Shown: piece by piece, positions 20,234-30,251 of the stretch | How the letters are laid out: each line of letters opens with the position of its first letter | Position numbering within the stretch: position 1 is the first letter of the stretch | IMG/VR virus record: IMGVR_UViG_3300044825_001403 | Span: 62,001-126,000 of that record | Origin: an uncultured virus (IMG/VR IMGVR_UViG_3300044825_001403) | Lineage: Duplodnaviria; Heunggongvirae; Uroviricota; Caudoviricetes | Strand: one strand, 5' to 3' | DNA length: 64,000 nt | Translations under genes and position numbers: made by a program | The notes under the pieces: generated by a model | Seen by the model: the letters and a program-made list of their open reading frames with translations, nothing else | Databases searched by the model: none | Told to the model about the DNA's origin: nothing

Positions 20234-20874
20234 AACTCATCACAGAAAATATCGAGGACATTAATGTTCTTGTAGAAGAAACCGCTGGGAAAAAGCACCT
20301 ATACATTGAGGGTATTTTTCTTCAATCAGAAATTAAAAATAGAAACGGTAGAGTATATCCATTTGATGTACTAAATCGTGAAGTTCAAAGATATAACGAA
20401 AGTTATGTTAAGTCTGGTCGTGCTCTAGGAGAACTAGGACACCCAGATGGACCTACTGTGAATCTCGATAGAGTATCACATAGAATTATCGAACTTCGTT
20501 CTGAAGGAACTAACTTCTACGGAAAGGCTAGAATTCTTGATACCCCAATGGGACAAATTGCAAAGTCTCTTCTTGATGAAGGAGTAAAGCTAGGAGTTTC
20601 CTCTAGAGGCATGGGTTCTCTTGAAGAGCGTAACGGTGCGAATTATGTTCGTGACGATTTTATGCTAGCAACTGCTGCTGACATTGTAGCAGATCCATCA
20701 GCTCCTGATGCATTTGTTAACGGAATCATGGAAGGCAAGGAATGGGTATGGGACGGAGGAATTCTCCGTGAACAACAAGTTGCTAAATATCATAGATATA
20801 TTTCTGAATCTACCAGAAAAAATCTTGAAGAAAGGAAGCTCAAAGCTTTTGAGCATTTCCTGTCAAATCTATAA
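20230..20874 (+). CDS. g21: prohead protease gp21
   Basis: NRNGRVYP...ALGELGHP...GVSSRGMGS...DIVADPSAPDAFV. Confidence 0.96.
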   Translation: MKLITENIEDINVLVEETAGKKHLYIEGIFLQSEIKNRNGRVYPFDVLNREVQRYNESYVKSGRALGELGHPDGPTVNLDRVSHRIIELRSEGTNFYGKARILDTPMGQIAKSLLDEGVKLGVSSRGMGSLEERNGANYVRDDFMLATAADIVADPSAPDAFVNGIMEGKEWVWDGGILREQQVAKYHRYISESTRKNLEERKLKAFEHFLSNL

Positions 20875-20922
20875 TTTGATAAATAATCTTAGAATAATTG
20901 TTAGAAATACGAGGAAACTCAA

Positions 20923-22077
20923 ATGTCAGATATGTTAAACGAAAGATTTGAGGAGCTTGTAAAAGAACAAAATATTGTTCTTGAAGCAGGTGATCCAATG
21001 CCTACCGTTTCTGCTTCCGTAATTCCTGGTACAGGTAAGGAGCCTTCACAAATTTCCGATGTTCAAACCGCTAAGGCTGGTGGTAAGGATCCACAACCTT
21101 CTGTTCCTCCTACGGTTGCTATCGGTCAGAAAGCTGCTACTGATCTAGGTGGTACTACAACCACTCCTCATGAACATGATGAGGATGGCGAAGAGAATCC
21201 TGGTGCTAAGGCGGCGGCTCCTATTTCTCAAATTTCGGGTGATGCACAACAGGCACATCAAAAAAGCCCTGGAGATATGGCTGCAACTCCTACTGTAGGA
21301 ACACAAGTTGCATACGGAACCACAACTGGTCCAAACGTAACTTATCCAATCAAGCCTTCTTTTGAAGAGCTTGATCTTTCTTCTGATGTTGCTGCATTGA
21401 CTGAAGGAGAAGAGCTTTCAGAATCATATAAAGAGAAAGCAAAAACAATTTTTGAAGCTGCTGTAAAAGCTAAGCTTAACGAAGAGTACGCTAAGCTTGA
21501 AGAGCACTTTGAAGCAAAACTTGCTGAGCAAGTTGAAGCTGTTAAAGCTGAACTTGCTGAAGAAGTCATGGGCACTGTTAACTATGGTATTGCCCAATGG
21601 ATTGAAGAAAATCAAGTCGCTATTGATCGTGGCATCCGTAACGAAATCACCGAAGATTTCATTGCTGGTTTCATGAATCTCTGTAAAGAGCATTGGATCA
21701 ACATCCCAGAGGATAAGACCGATGTTGTAGAAGAAATGGCTGACGAGCTTCGTGAGATGGAAGAACGCCTCAACGAACAAATTGAGCGTAATGTGGAATT
21801 AAATAATCGTCTTGCTGAGTCGAGCAAAGTCGTAATTCTAAACCAAGTTTCAGAAGGACTTGCTGATACTCAAAAAGAAAAACTCGCTTCACTATCTGAA
21901 GGTGTTACTTTTGATAACGCAGATCAATTTACTCAAGCAGTAAAAACTCTACGTAAGTCATATTTCCCAGAAGCAGTAACCAAATCAGAAGTAGGTGATG
22001 ACGCTCCAGTAGCACTAAGCGAAGATGTATCGCCAACTATGGCTGCATACCTCCAAGCTCTTTCACGCTGGAAATAA
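20923..22077 (+). CDS. g22: prohead scaffold protein gp22
   Basis: Acidic coiled coil, ELSESYKEKAKTIFEAAV, between g21 and g23. Confidence 0.92.
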   Translation: MSDMLNERFEELVKEQNIVLEAGDPMPTVSASVIPGTGKEPSQISDVQTAKAGGKDPQPSVPPTVAIGQKAATDLGGTTTTPHEHDEDGEENPGAKAAAPISQISGDAQQAHQKSPGDMAATPTVGTQVAYGTTTGPNVTYPIKPSFEELDLSSDVAALTEGEELSESYKEKAKTIFEAAVKAKLNEEYAKLEEHFEAKLAEQVEAVKAELAEEVMGTVNYGIAQWIEENQVAIDRGIRNEITEDFIAGFMNLCKEHWINIPEDKTDVVEEMADELREMEERLNEQIERNVELNNRLAESSKVVILNQVSEGLADTQKEKLASLSEGVTFDNADQFTQAVKTLRKSYFPEAVTKSEVGDDAPVALSEDVSPTMAAYLQALSRWK

Positions 22078-22127
22078 TTAAATCATAAATATTATCAAAC
22101 GACAATAATACGTTTTAAGAGGTAAAA

Positions 22128-23576
22128 ATGTTCAACGCTTCCCATCTTACAGAAAAGTGGGCACCTGTTTTAAATGCTGCTGAAGCTCCTGCTATCACAG
22201 ATAAGCACAAACAGGCTGTAACCGCTGTAATCCTAGAAAACCAAGAGCGTGCTCTCCGTGAGGACAGAATGCTCACCGAGGCTCCCAACACTGTTGGTGC
22301 TATCGGTCCTAACGCACTTTCAGGTTCAGGTCTTGACACCAAAACTGGTGGTCTAGCTGGTTTCGATCCTATCATGATCAGCCTAGTCCGTCGTGCCATG
22401 CCTAACCTAATGGCTTATGACATCTGTGGCGTTCAGCCAATGAGCGGTCCTACAGGTCTCATCTTCGCCATGAAGGCTCACTATCAGCATCGTGGTGCTG
22501 CTGGTCTACGTAAAGGACGTGAAGCTCTCTTCAACGAGCCTGATGTAAACTTCTCAGCTAACACCCAGGGTCCTGATGCTTCAACTGGTTACAACGATCC
22601 AGTTGTACCTATCGGTGTTGCTAACGATCCTTCCTACGCTGAATCCAACCCTGGTCTTCTTAATGATGACGGTTCGGGTGCTGGTACTTACGAGCGTGGC
22701 GTTCGTCCTATCGCCCGTGAGACCGCTGAAGTTCTTGGATCAGGTTCAACCCTATTCAACGAAATGAGCTTCAGCATCGAGAAGACTGCTGTAACCGCCA
22801 GAACCAGAGCACTACGTTCGGAGTACACTCTAGAGCTAGCTCAGGATCTTAAGGCTGTTCACGGTCTTGACGCTGAGCAAGAGCTTGCCAACATTCTCTC
22901 AAGCGAGATTCTCGCTGAGATCAACCGTGAAGTCGTTCGTACTGTATACACCATCGCTAAGCCTGGTGCTCAGAACAACGTTGCTACCGCTGGTGTATTC
23001 GACCTTGACGTTGATTCAAACGGTCGTTGGTCTGTTGAGAAGTTCAAGGGTCTTCTATTCCAGGTTGAGCGTGATGCCAACGCTATCGCTCAGGAAACTC
23101 GTCGTGGAAAGGGCAACTTCCTCATCTGCTCGGCTGACGTAGCTTCAGCTCTAGCGATGGCTGGTGTTCTTGACTATAGCTCGGGTCTAACTGGTGCTGG
23201 TGGTCCTTCCATCGGTCAGGTTGATGACACTGGCAACCTCATGGTTGGCACCATCAACGGTCGTATCAAGGTCTTCGTTGATCCTTATTCGGCTAACGTA
23301 TCTAGCGATCATTACTATGTCATGGGTTATAAGGGAACCAATCCTTATGATGCTGGTCTCTTCTATTGCCCATACGTTCCTCTCCAGATGCTACGTTCGA
23401 TTGATCCTAACACCTTCCAGCCTAAGATTGGCTTCAAAACCCGTTACGGCATGGTTGCTAACCCATTCGTATTCAACGGTGTTGATGCTGACGGTGTACC
23501 TATTCCTGATGCCGAAGCTCTTACTGCTTCCAAGAATATGTACTACAGACGTGTTCGTATCAAGAACCTCATGTGA
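22128..23576 (+). CDS. g23: major capsid protein gp23
   Basis: LVRRAMPNLMAYDICGVQPMSGPTGLIFAM...YCPYVPLQ...FQPKIGFKTRYG. Confidence 0.98.
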   Translation: MFNASHLTEKWAPVLNAAEAPAITDKHKQAVTAVILENQERALREDRMLTEAPNTVGAIGPNALSGSGLDTKTGGLAGFDPIMISLVRRAMPNLMAYDICGVQPMSGPTGLIFAMKAHYQHRGAAGLRKGREALFNEPDVNFSANTQGPDASTGYNDPVVPIGVANDPSYAESNPGLLNDDGSGAGTYERGVRPIARETAEVLGSGSTLFNEMSFSIEKTAVTARTRALRSEYTLELAQDLKAVHGLDAEQELANILSSEILAEINREVVRTVYTIAKPGAQNNVATAGVFDLDVDSNGRWSVEKFKGLLFQVERDANAIAQETRRGKGNFLICSADVASALAMAGVLDYSSGLTGAGGPSIGQVDDTGNLMVGTINGRIKVFVDPYSANVSSDHYYVMGYKGTNPYDAGLFYCPYVPLQMLRSIDPNTFQPKIGFKTRYGMVANPFVFNGVDADGVPIPDAEALTASKNMYYRRVRIKNLM

Positions 23577-23594
23577 GTCTTTCTTACAAATTTC

Positions 23595-23621
23595 AAGAGT
23601 CCCTTCGGGGGCTCTTTTTTT
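23595..23621 (+). terminator. intrinsic terminator after g23
   Basis: aagagtccc-TTCG-ggggctctt followed by T run. Confidence 0.85.
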
Positions 23622-23656
23622 ATGCAAATAAATATATTATAGCTTGGGAAGTTGAC

Positions 23657-24169
23657 ATGACTGCTGAATGGTATAAAGAGCAACCTAGAAATAGGAATTT
23701 TCTTGCTCCAGTAGGTTTTCAAATGAAACTAGAATTATTTGAAGGAGTAGATTTTTTCTGCCAACAGGCTAATCTACCTGGAATTTCTATGCCAGTTACA
23801 GAAGTTCCAACTCCATTTAGATCTTTCCCCATTGTTCCTGGTGGTGGAGTTTCATACGATGATTTGCAATTAACTTTTATTGTTGATGAAGATTTAAAAA
23901 ATTATTATTCTATTCATGAATGGATTAGAAAAAACGCCAATAGTGATCAAATAGAATCAGGTCCAGTAGAATATTCTAACGGTCAATTAATGATTATAAC
24001 TTCTAATTTTAATCCATCTTTTTTTATTGATTATAGAAATATTTTTCCAATTAACTTATCTTCAATAGATTTTGATGCTACTGTAGATGACATAGAATTT
24101 TTTACAGCTACTGCCACATTTAAATTCCAAAATTATTTTATTCGTGATAAAAATTTTAAGTTACTATGA
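23657..24169 (+). CDS. g3: tail completion/sheath stabiliser gp3
   Basis: NRNFLAPVGF...FFCQQANLPGI...FIVDEDLKNY; ATG at 23657 after TAAATA. Confidence 0.88.
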   Translation: MTAEWYKEQPRNRNFLAPVGFQMKLELFEGVDFFCQQANLPGISMPVTEVPTPFRSFPIVPGGGVSYDDLQLTFIVDEDLKNYYSIHEWIRKNANSDQIESGPVEYSNGQLMIITSNFNPSFFIDYRNIFPINLSSIDFDATVDDIEFFTATATFKFQNYFIRDKNFKLL

Positions 24170-24642
24170 AATTTGAAAACATCGTTAAATTATTTGAAAC
24201 AATTAAAGAAGAATGGAAAGAAGACAGTCATGTTGATTTCCAATTTAAAAACAAACAGTATACAGAAGATCTCGGTAAGTTAGCATTAGAGATCCCTTTT
24301 CAGCACAATAAATACTTAAACTACTACACAGATCTTAGTCAAGTTAAAACTTCTTTAGAGTTTGAATGCAGGCGTGTAGTAAAAGAAAAAAGAGAATATT
24401 ATTCTGGCGAAGCAGACGCCAAGGTATACGCCGAGAAACCTTTCGGTGCAAGTATTAAAACAGCAGAAAAGATGAAGACTTATCTGGAATCAGATGAGGA
24501 TATCATCAATATAGAAGCAAAAATTAAATACGTTGAACAGGCACTTTACTTCCTGGACAGTGTAATGAAAATGATTTCCAATCGTGGATTTCAAATCAAA
24601 TCGGCTATTGACTGGGAAAAGTTTATTAATGGTACTACTTAA
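24166..24642 (+). CDS. uvsY: recombination mediator UvsY
   Basis: H.KYL...K.EYYSG...YLESDEDI...I.NRGFQIKSAIDW.KF. Confidence 0.9.
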   Translation: MKFENIVKLFETIKEEWKEDSHVDFQFKNKQYTEDLGKLALEIPFQHNKYLNYYTDLSQVKTSLEFECRRVVKEKREYYSGEADAKVYAEKPFGASIKTAEKMKTYLESDEDIINIEAKIKYVEQALYFLDSVMKMISNRGFQIKSAIDWEKFINGTT

Positions 24643-26105
24643 TGACACGAATCATTGTTAAGAAAAAGAACGAAGTATTTTTACAGATCCAAGCAGAACC
24701 ATACGTTCATCAAGAATTATCTGATTACTTCACCTTTGAAGTTCCTGAAGCAAAGTTCCTAAAAAGAAATCCAAAGTATAGATATTGGGATGGTACTATT
24801 CGTTTATACTCTCCTGGCACAGGAGAAATCTATGTTGGTCTATATCAACAGTTTCTTCTATGGGCTAAAGAAAGAGGATACTCCATTGAATCAGTTAAGA
24901 ATGATTGGTATGGAGAAGCTAGTGATACCAACTCAATGGTATCTCCTGAAGGTGTAAAAACTTTCATGGATAAAATCTCTAGTATCAAAGCTAGAGACTA
25001 TCAATATTACACTGTTTATCTTGCTCTTAAATATAACAGAGGATTATTCTTGTCTCCTACTGGATCAGGTAAGTCCTTAATGATTTATTCTCTTGTTAGA
25101 TATTATCACGCTACAGATAAAAAAATTCTCATCATTGTTCCTACTACATCTCTGGTAGAACAGATGGTAAAAGACTTCACCGACTATGGATGGAATGCTG
25201 AAGAACATATTCACAAAATTTATTCAGGTCAAGAAAAGAATTCTGACAAACCTATTATCATTTCTACATGGCAGTCCATTTACAAATTTCCTAAAAGATA
25301 TTTTGATGACATTGATTGTGTAATTGGAGACGAGGCACATCTATTCAAATCAAAATCTCTCACAGGTATTATGGAGAAGCTTCATAATGCCAAGTATCGT
25401 TTTGGTTTTACAGGAACACTTGATGGAACCAAAACACACAAGTGGGTTCTAGAAGGTTTGTTTGGACATTGTGAAAAAGTTACGAAGACTGATGATCTAA
25501 TTAAAAAAGGACATCTATCTAATCTTCGCATTAAAATTCTTGTGTGCAAACATGAGTATCAATACTTTGAAGATTATCATCAAGAGATGGATTATCTTGT
25601 TACAAACAAGAAAAGAAATAACTTAATTAAAAATCTTGTAAACGATCTTGATGGCAACACATTAGTTCTTTTCAATTACGTAGAGAAGCATGGGGAGCCT
25701 TTATACGAACTCATAAATAGTACAGTTGGTGACAACCGTAAAGTATTTTTTGTTCATGGATCGATTGATACTGAAGATAGAGAAGAAGTAAGAAAAATTA
25801 CTGAACAAGAAAGTAATGCTATTATTATTGCTTCCTACGGAACGTTTAGCACTGGTATTAATATTAAACGTCTTCATAATATTATATTTGCTTCGCCATC
25901 TAAATCTCGTATCAGAAATCTCCAAAGTATTGGAAGAGTACTTAGAAAAGGAGAAGGAAAAGAAATAGCTACTCTTTATGATATTGCTGATGATATCTCA
26001 AGTAAAACAAGACAAAATTATACTCTAAGACACCTTCAAGAAAGAATTAAAATTTATCAAGAAGAAAATTTTAAATACGAAGTTATCAAGGTAAATCTAA
26101 AATGA
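24642..26105 (+). CDS. uvsW: SF2 helicase UvsW
   Basis: SPTGSGKS, DEAH, GFTGT, LQSIGRVLR motifs. Confidence 0.95.
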   Translation: MTRIIVKKKNEVFLQIQAEPYVHQELSDYFTFEVPEAKFLKRNPKYRYWDGTIRLYSPGTGEIYVGLYQQFLLWAKERGYSIESVKNDWYGEASDTNSMVSPEGVKTFMDKISSIKARDYQYYTVYLALKYNRGLFLSPTGSGKSLMIYSLVRYYHATDKKILIIVPTTSLVEQMVKDFTDYGWNAEEHIHKIYSGQEKNSDKPIIISTWQSIYKFPKRYFDDIDCVIGDEAHLFKSKSLTGIMEKLHNAKYRFGFTGTLDGTKTHKWVLEGLFGHCEKVTKTDDLIKKGHLSNLRIKILVCKHEYQYFEDYHQEMDYLVTNKKRNNLIKNLVNDLDGNTLVLFNYVEKHGEPLYELINSTVGDNRKVFFVHGSIDTEDREEVRKITEQESNAIIIASYGTFSTGINIKRLHNIIFASPSKSRIRNLQSIGRVLRKGEGKEIATLYDIADDISSKTRQNYTLRHLQERIKIYQEENFKYEVIKVNLK

Positions 26106-26509
26106 TGGAAGAAGAATTCTTCTCTACATTAAAATTAACATCTGGTGAAGAAATTATAGCTAAAGTATGTTACTTACCAGATGAAGATTCTTTATTAGTA
26201 GAGAACCCTAAATTAGTTGAAAAATTAATACAAAAAAGAAATGGTAAATCTATTCAAGGTTTTGTATTAAAAGATTGGATACATTCCACTTATGATTCTT
26301 TGTTCGTTATTAAAATGGAACAGGTAATCACTATGACAGAACTAGATAAGAAGATAGAATCATTTTACTTAAGTAATTTAAATGATACTGATGATTCTAG
26401 TGAAGATGGTATTGATATTAAACCTAATAAATTTAGTAAACAAATGGGTTACTTAGGATCAGTTAAGGAAACTAAAAGGTTTCTTGAAGAAATCTATAAA
26501 AAATCCTAA
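26102..26509 (+). CDS. conserved hypothetical protein (Sm-like fold candidate)
   Basis: LKLTSGEEIIAKV motif; usual position between uvsW and g55. Confidence 0.7.
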   Translation: MMEEEFFSTLKLTSGEEIIAKVCYLPDEDSLLVENPKLVEKLIQKRNGKSIQGFVLKDWIHSTYDSLFVIKMEQVITMTELDKKIESFYLSNLNDTDDSSEDGIDIKPNKFSKQMGYLGSVKETKRFLEEIYKKS

Positions 26510-26565
26510 AGAACTTAAAGACTCTAAAGTATTAGATATATTATTCATGAACCCTGGACAGAGTT

Positions 26566-26594
26566 ATTCTACTGGGTTTCTGAGGTTTTGTCAA
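26566..26594 (-). promoter_or_regulatory. leftward sigma70-type promoter with no cognate gene
   Basis: Reverse complement reads TTGACA-N17-TAGAAT. Confidence 0.7.
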
Positions 26595-26600
26595 CCCCCC

Positions 26601-26629
26601 TTGACAAACCCATGATAATGGTCTATACT
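26601..26629 (+). promoter_or_regulatory. sigma70-type promoter for g55
   Basis: TTGACA-N17-TATACT. Confidence 0.85.
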
Positions 26630-26662
26630 GATACCATAACAATTTGGATAGAGACATGCATC

Positions 26663-27154
26663 ATGGCAAAAAAGAAAACAGAAAATTACGTCAATAACAA
26701 AGAATTCCTAGAGGCTATTAGCGTTTACAGGAAGAAAGTTCTTGAAGCAAAAGAGAAAGGTCTGCCTAAGCCTCGGGTTCCGAATTATATTGGCGACTGT
26801 TTTCTTAAAATTGCTACGCACTTATCCTATAAACCAAACTTTGTAAACTATATGTTCCGTGATGAGATGATCTCAGACGGGATTGAAAATTGTTTACAAT
26901 ATATTCACAACTTCGATCCAGAAAAATCAAGTAATCCCTTTGCCTATTTTACTCAGGTAATTTACTTTGCCTTCCTTCGTAGAATCGCCAAAGAGAAAAA
27001 GCAACTGGAAATCAAAACTAAGATCCTTGAGCGTAGTGGATACGATCATGTGATGTATACTGAAAGTTTTGAAGGAGATATGGCAGGACTTAATCAAAGC
27101 TATTCTGATATGTCTGGCATTAAAGAAAACCTTGAGATTAAAAATAAGCGATGA
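26663..27154 (+). CDS. g55: late-transcription sigma factor gp55
   Basis: YVNNKEFL...YIGDCFLKIA.HLSYKPNF.NY...MISDGIENC...NPFAYFTQ. Confidence 0.95.
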   Translation: MAKKKTENYVNNKEFLEAISVYRKKVLEAKEKGLPKPRVPNYIGDCFLKIATHLSYKPNFVNYMFRDEMISDGIENCLQYIHNFDPEKSSNPFAYFTQVIYFAFLRRIAKEKKQLEIKTKILERSGYDHVMYTESFEGDMAGLNQSYSDMSGIKENLEIKNKR

Positions 27155-28200
27155 CAGTAGCTCTTATTACCGATCAGCATTTGGATGGTCGTAAAGGTAG
27201 TGTGATTTTCTGGGAATACTTTTTGGAATTTTATAATGAAGTATTTTTTCCAACTCTTCAAAAGAAAGGAGTATCAACCATCATCGACCTTGGAGATACG
27301 TTCGATAATCGCAAGGGCATTGATTTTAATGTTTGGACTCGTATTCGCCGTCATTACTTTGACCGTATCCGTGAGCTTGGCATTACTCTTCATATGATTA
27401 CTGGAAATCATGATGTGTATTATAAAAACACAAATGATATAAACTCTCCAGAGCTTCTCCTTTCTGATTATGACAACATCATTGTCTACTCTAAACCAAC
27501 TACGGTAAACATCGAAGGTACAGATATCTGTATGCTTCCCTGGATCAACTCAGAAAATGAAGCAGAGGTTCATCAACATCTCAAACAAACTTCTGCTAAA
27601 ATTGTGATGGGACATCTTGAACTGAATGGGTTTGAGGTTTCTCCTGGTCTTGTTCATGAAGGTGGCATGGACCCAGATGTATTCATTAAATTTAAACAAG
27701 TGTTTTCTGGACACTTCCATCACAAGTCAAGAAAAGGAAATGTAACTTATCTTGGCAACCCATACCAGATGTTCTGGAATGATTACAAAGACCCTAGAGG
27801 ATTCCATCTTTATGAACCGTCATCCAATAAGTTACAATTCATCAAGAACCCATACGAAATTTTCCAAAAGATTTATTATGATGATGCTGATCCTAATTTC
27901 AGCGTCAATCCCAACGACTATGCAAATACTTTTGTCAAGGTTATCGTAGAAAATAAAACAGATTATTTTAGATTTGAAAAAACTATTGAAGCATTATTTG
28001 ATGTTGGTGTTCATGATTTAAAAGTTGTTGAAACTTTAGTTGAAAAAGATACAGTTAAACATGTTGACTCAGAACTTGAAGCTAAGGATACTCTTTCACT
28101 TCTCAATGAATATATTGATGATGTAGAAATTTCCGTAAATAAAAATCAACTCAAAAATATTATGAAAACACTATATATTGAAAGTTGTGAAGTAGTATGA
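27151..28200 (+). CDS. g47: recombination endonuclease gp47 (Mre11/SbcD-like)
   Basis: ITDQH, DLGDTFD, GNHD, GHLE, SGHFH metallophosphoesterase motifs. Confidence 0.95.
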   Translation: MTVALITDQHLDGRKGSVIFWEYFLEFYNEVFFPTLQKKGVSTIIDLGDTFDNRKGIDFNVWTRIRRHYFDRIRELGITLHMITGNHDVYYKNTNDINSPELLLSDYDNIIVYSKPTTVNIEGTDICMLPWINSENEAEVHQHLKQTSAKIVMGHLELNGFEVSPGLVHEGGMDPDVFIKFKQVFSGHFHHKSRKGNVTYLGNPYQMFWNDYKDPRGFHLYEPSSNKLQFIKNPYEIFQKIYYDDADPNFSVNPNDYANTFVKVIVENKTDYFRFEKTIEALFDVGVHDLKVVETLVEKDTVKHVDSELEAKDTLSLLNEYIDDVEISVNKNQLKNIMKTLYIESCEVV

Positions 28201-28466
28201 TGTTTATTCTCACGCTTAAGGACAAACCAGAAGGAGTGTTCTCCGTTATTGATGATATCAATGGAGATCAAATCATCCCGATCTTTGAGTGTGAGGATGA
28301 TGCTGAGAGATACCAAGAACAACTTGAATTTCAAACTCAACGATATAAACTTCAGGTTCTTGAAATACCAGAAGAAGTAATTATTAAAGCTTGTCGAGAG
28401 CGTGATCAAAAATATGCTATAATTACCGAAGATGATTTTATTGTTCCCCCAAATGAATTAGTATGA
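28197..28466 (+). CDS. conserved hypothetical protein
   Basis: 89 aa, FECEDDAERY motif, coupled between g47 and g46. Confidence 0.7.
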   Translation: MMFILTLKDKPEGVFSVIDDINGDQIIPIFECEDDAERYQEQLEFQTQRYKLQVLEIPEEVIIKACRERDQKYAIITEDDFIVPPNELV

Positions 28467-30202
28467 TTATTTTTAAAAAATTGAAATGGAAAAATTTTCT
28501 TTCCACAGGTAATAACTTTACAGAATTTAATTTGAATGGATCTAAAACTAATCTTATTGTAGGAACAAATGGTGCTGGCAAGAGCACTATTCTGGATGCC
28601 CTCACCTTCTCTTTGTTTGGTAAGCCATTCAGAAAAATCAACAAACCGATGCTTTTGAACAGCGTTAATGGTTCTGATCTTGTTACTGAGATTGAGTTTG
28701 AGTCTGGTAAAAATCAATTCAAAATCATTCGTGGAATCAAACCAGCAATTTTTGAAGTCTGGCAAAATGGAGTTCTGTTAGATCAATCATCATCTACAGC
28801 AGATTACCAAAATTATCTTGAGAAAAATATTCTTAAGATGAATTACAAATCATTCACTCAGATTGTAGTGCTTGGTTCTTCTACGTTTGTTCCATTCATG
28901 AGATTGCCTTTGGCATCACGACGGGAAATCATTGAAGACATTCTTGATATTCAGATCTTCTCGGTGATGAATATTAACCTTAAAGAGAAACTTAAATTTG
29001 CTAACGACGATATTAAAGATCGTGACTATCAAATAGATCTTCTTGAAGAAAAAGTTACGATGCAGAAGAACTTTATCGTTAACCTTGATCTTCAAAATCA
29101 AAACGACATTCAAGAAAAGAACAATAAGATTGTTCACTTTACAGGTCTTGAGCAAGAAGTTAATGTCAAGCTAGAAAAACTTGATGAACAAAGAAATACT
29201 TTAAGCAAAGAAATTGAAAATTTTGCTACTGCCACAGGCAAACTTAGAAAGCTTGGTAATCTTCGTGGTAAGATTCAGCAGAAGTTTACCACTCACAAAA
29301 AAGAACATCAGTTCTTTACAGAGAATACCACTTGCCCAACCTGTACACAGCACATTAGCGAAGACCTTCGGGATGCTAAGGTGTCTGAAATTATGGAATC
29401 CATAAAAGAACTGAAACAGGGTATGGAAGAAATGGAGTTGGCAATTAAACTGGAAGAAGAGCGTGAATTTAAATACACTGAATTAAGTCAACAATTGACT
29501 AGTATTTTTAACGAAATTCAAATTCAACAGTTCCAAATTAGTTCATATCAATCACAGATTCAAGATCTTCAACGAGAAATTTCTGAACTACAGAACAATA
29601 ACTCCAATCGCAACGAAGAAGATTCTAAGCTCCAGGGTTTAGAAAAAGCATTACAGGAAGCTAAAGATCAGATGATCGCTGTTAAAGAAGAACGTGATTG
29701 CCTTTTGGCAGCCAGTCAACTTCTAAAAGATAACGGCATTAAAACTAGAATTATCAAACGTTATCTTCCTGTGATGAACAAACTCATCAATGAGTATCTT
29801 CAAAACATGGACTTCTATGTGAACTTTACATTGAATGAAAGTTTTGAAGAAACAATTAAATCACGTTATCGGGACTCGTTTTCTTATGAATCTTTTTCTG
29901 AGGGAGAAAAAGCTCGTATCGATATTGCTCTTCTGCTTACTTGGAGAGCTGTTGCTAAGCTTAAGAGTAGCGTGGATACTAACTTACTAATCCTTGACGA
30001 GATCTTTGACGGTTCGCTTGACCAGTCTGGAACCAGTGAGCTAGGATGGATCCTCAAAAACTTTGACGAGAATACAAATGTGTTTGTTATCTCTCACAAA
30101 GAAGGCATGGAAGAAAAGTTTGATAAAACATGGAAGTGTGAAAAAATTAAGAACTTCAGCATCGTCCGAGAGACAGTTAATGAAGTGGCACAGGAGGGGT
30201 AA
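28463..30202 (+). CDS. g46: recombination ATPase gp46 (Rad50/SbcC-like)
   Basis: GTNGAGKS, CPTC zinc hook, FSEGEK signature, LILDEIFD. Confidence 0.96.
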   Translation: MIIFKKLKWKNFLSTGNNFTEFNLNGSKTNLIVGTNGAGKSTILDALTFSLFGKPFRKINKPMLLNSVNGSDLVTEIEFESGKNQFKIIRGIKPAIFEVWQNGVLLDQSSSTADYQNYLEKNILKMNYKSFTQIVVLGSSTFVPFMRLPLASRREIIEDILDIQIFSVMNINLKEKLKFANDDIKDRDYQIDLLEEKVTMQKNFIVNLDLQNQNDIQEKNNKIVHFTGLEQEVNVKLEKLDEQRNTLSKEIENFATATGKLRKLGNLRGKIQQKFTTHKKEHQFFTENTTCPTCTQHISEDLRDAKVSEIMESIKELKQGMEEMELAIKLEEEREFKYTELSQQLTSIFNEIQIQQFQISSYQSQIQDLQREISELQNNNSNRNEEDSKLQGLEKALQEAKDQMIAVKEERDCLLAASQLLKDNGIKTRIIKRYLPVMNKLINEYLQNMDFYVNFTLNESFEETIKSRYRDSFSYESFSEGEKARIDIALLLTWRAVAKLKSSVDTNLLILDEIFDGSLDQSGTSELGWILKNFDENTNVFVISHKEGMEEKFDKTWKCEKIKNFSIVRETVNEVAQEG

Positions 30203-30217
30203 CACCCTCCTTTTTTA
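30193..30217 (+). terminator. terminator after g46, overlapping a promoter region
   Basis: ggaggg-gtaaca-ccctcc followed by T6. Confidence 0.7.
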
Positions 30218-30251
30218 TGGGCTATACTGACTTCAGTTCAGAGAAATTCCA

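Noticed and set aside
23573..23656. Upstream extensions given by the ORF track for g3 (also g55 from 26588, petF from 59767, and ORFs at 56033 and 47464)
   Set aside because: They run through terminators, promoters or upstream genes; downstream ATGs fit better
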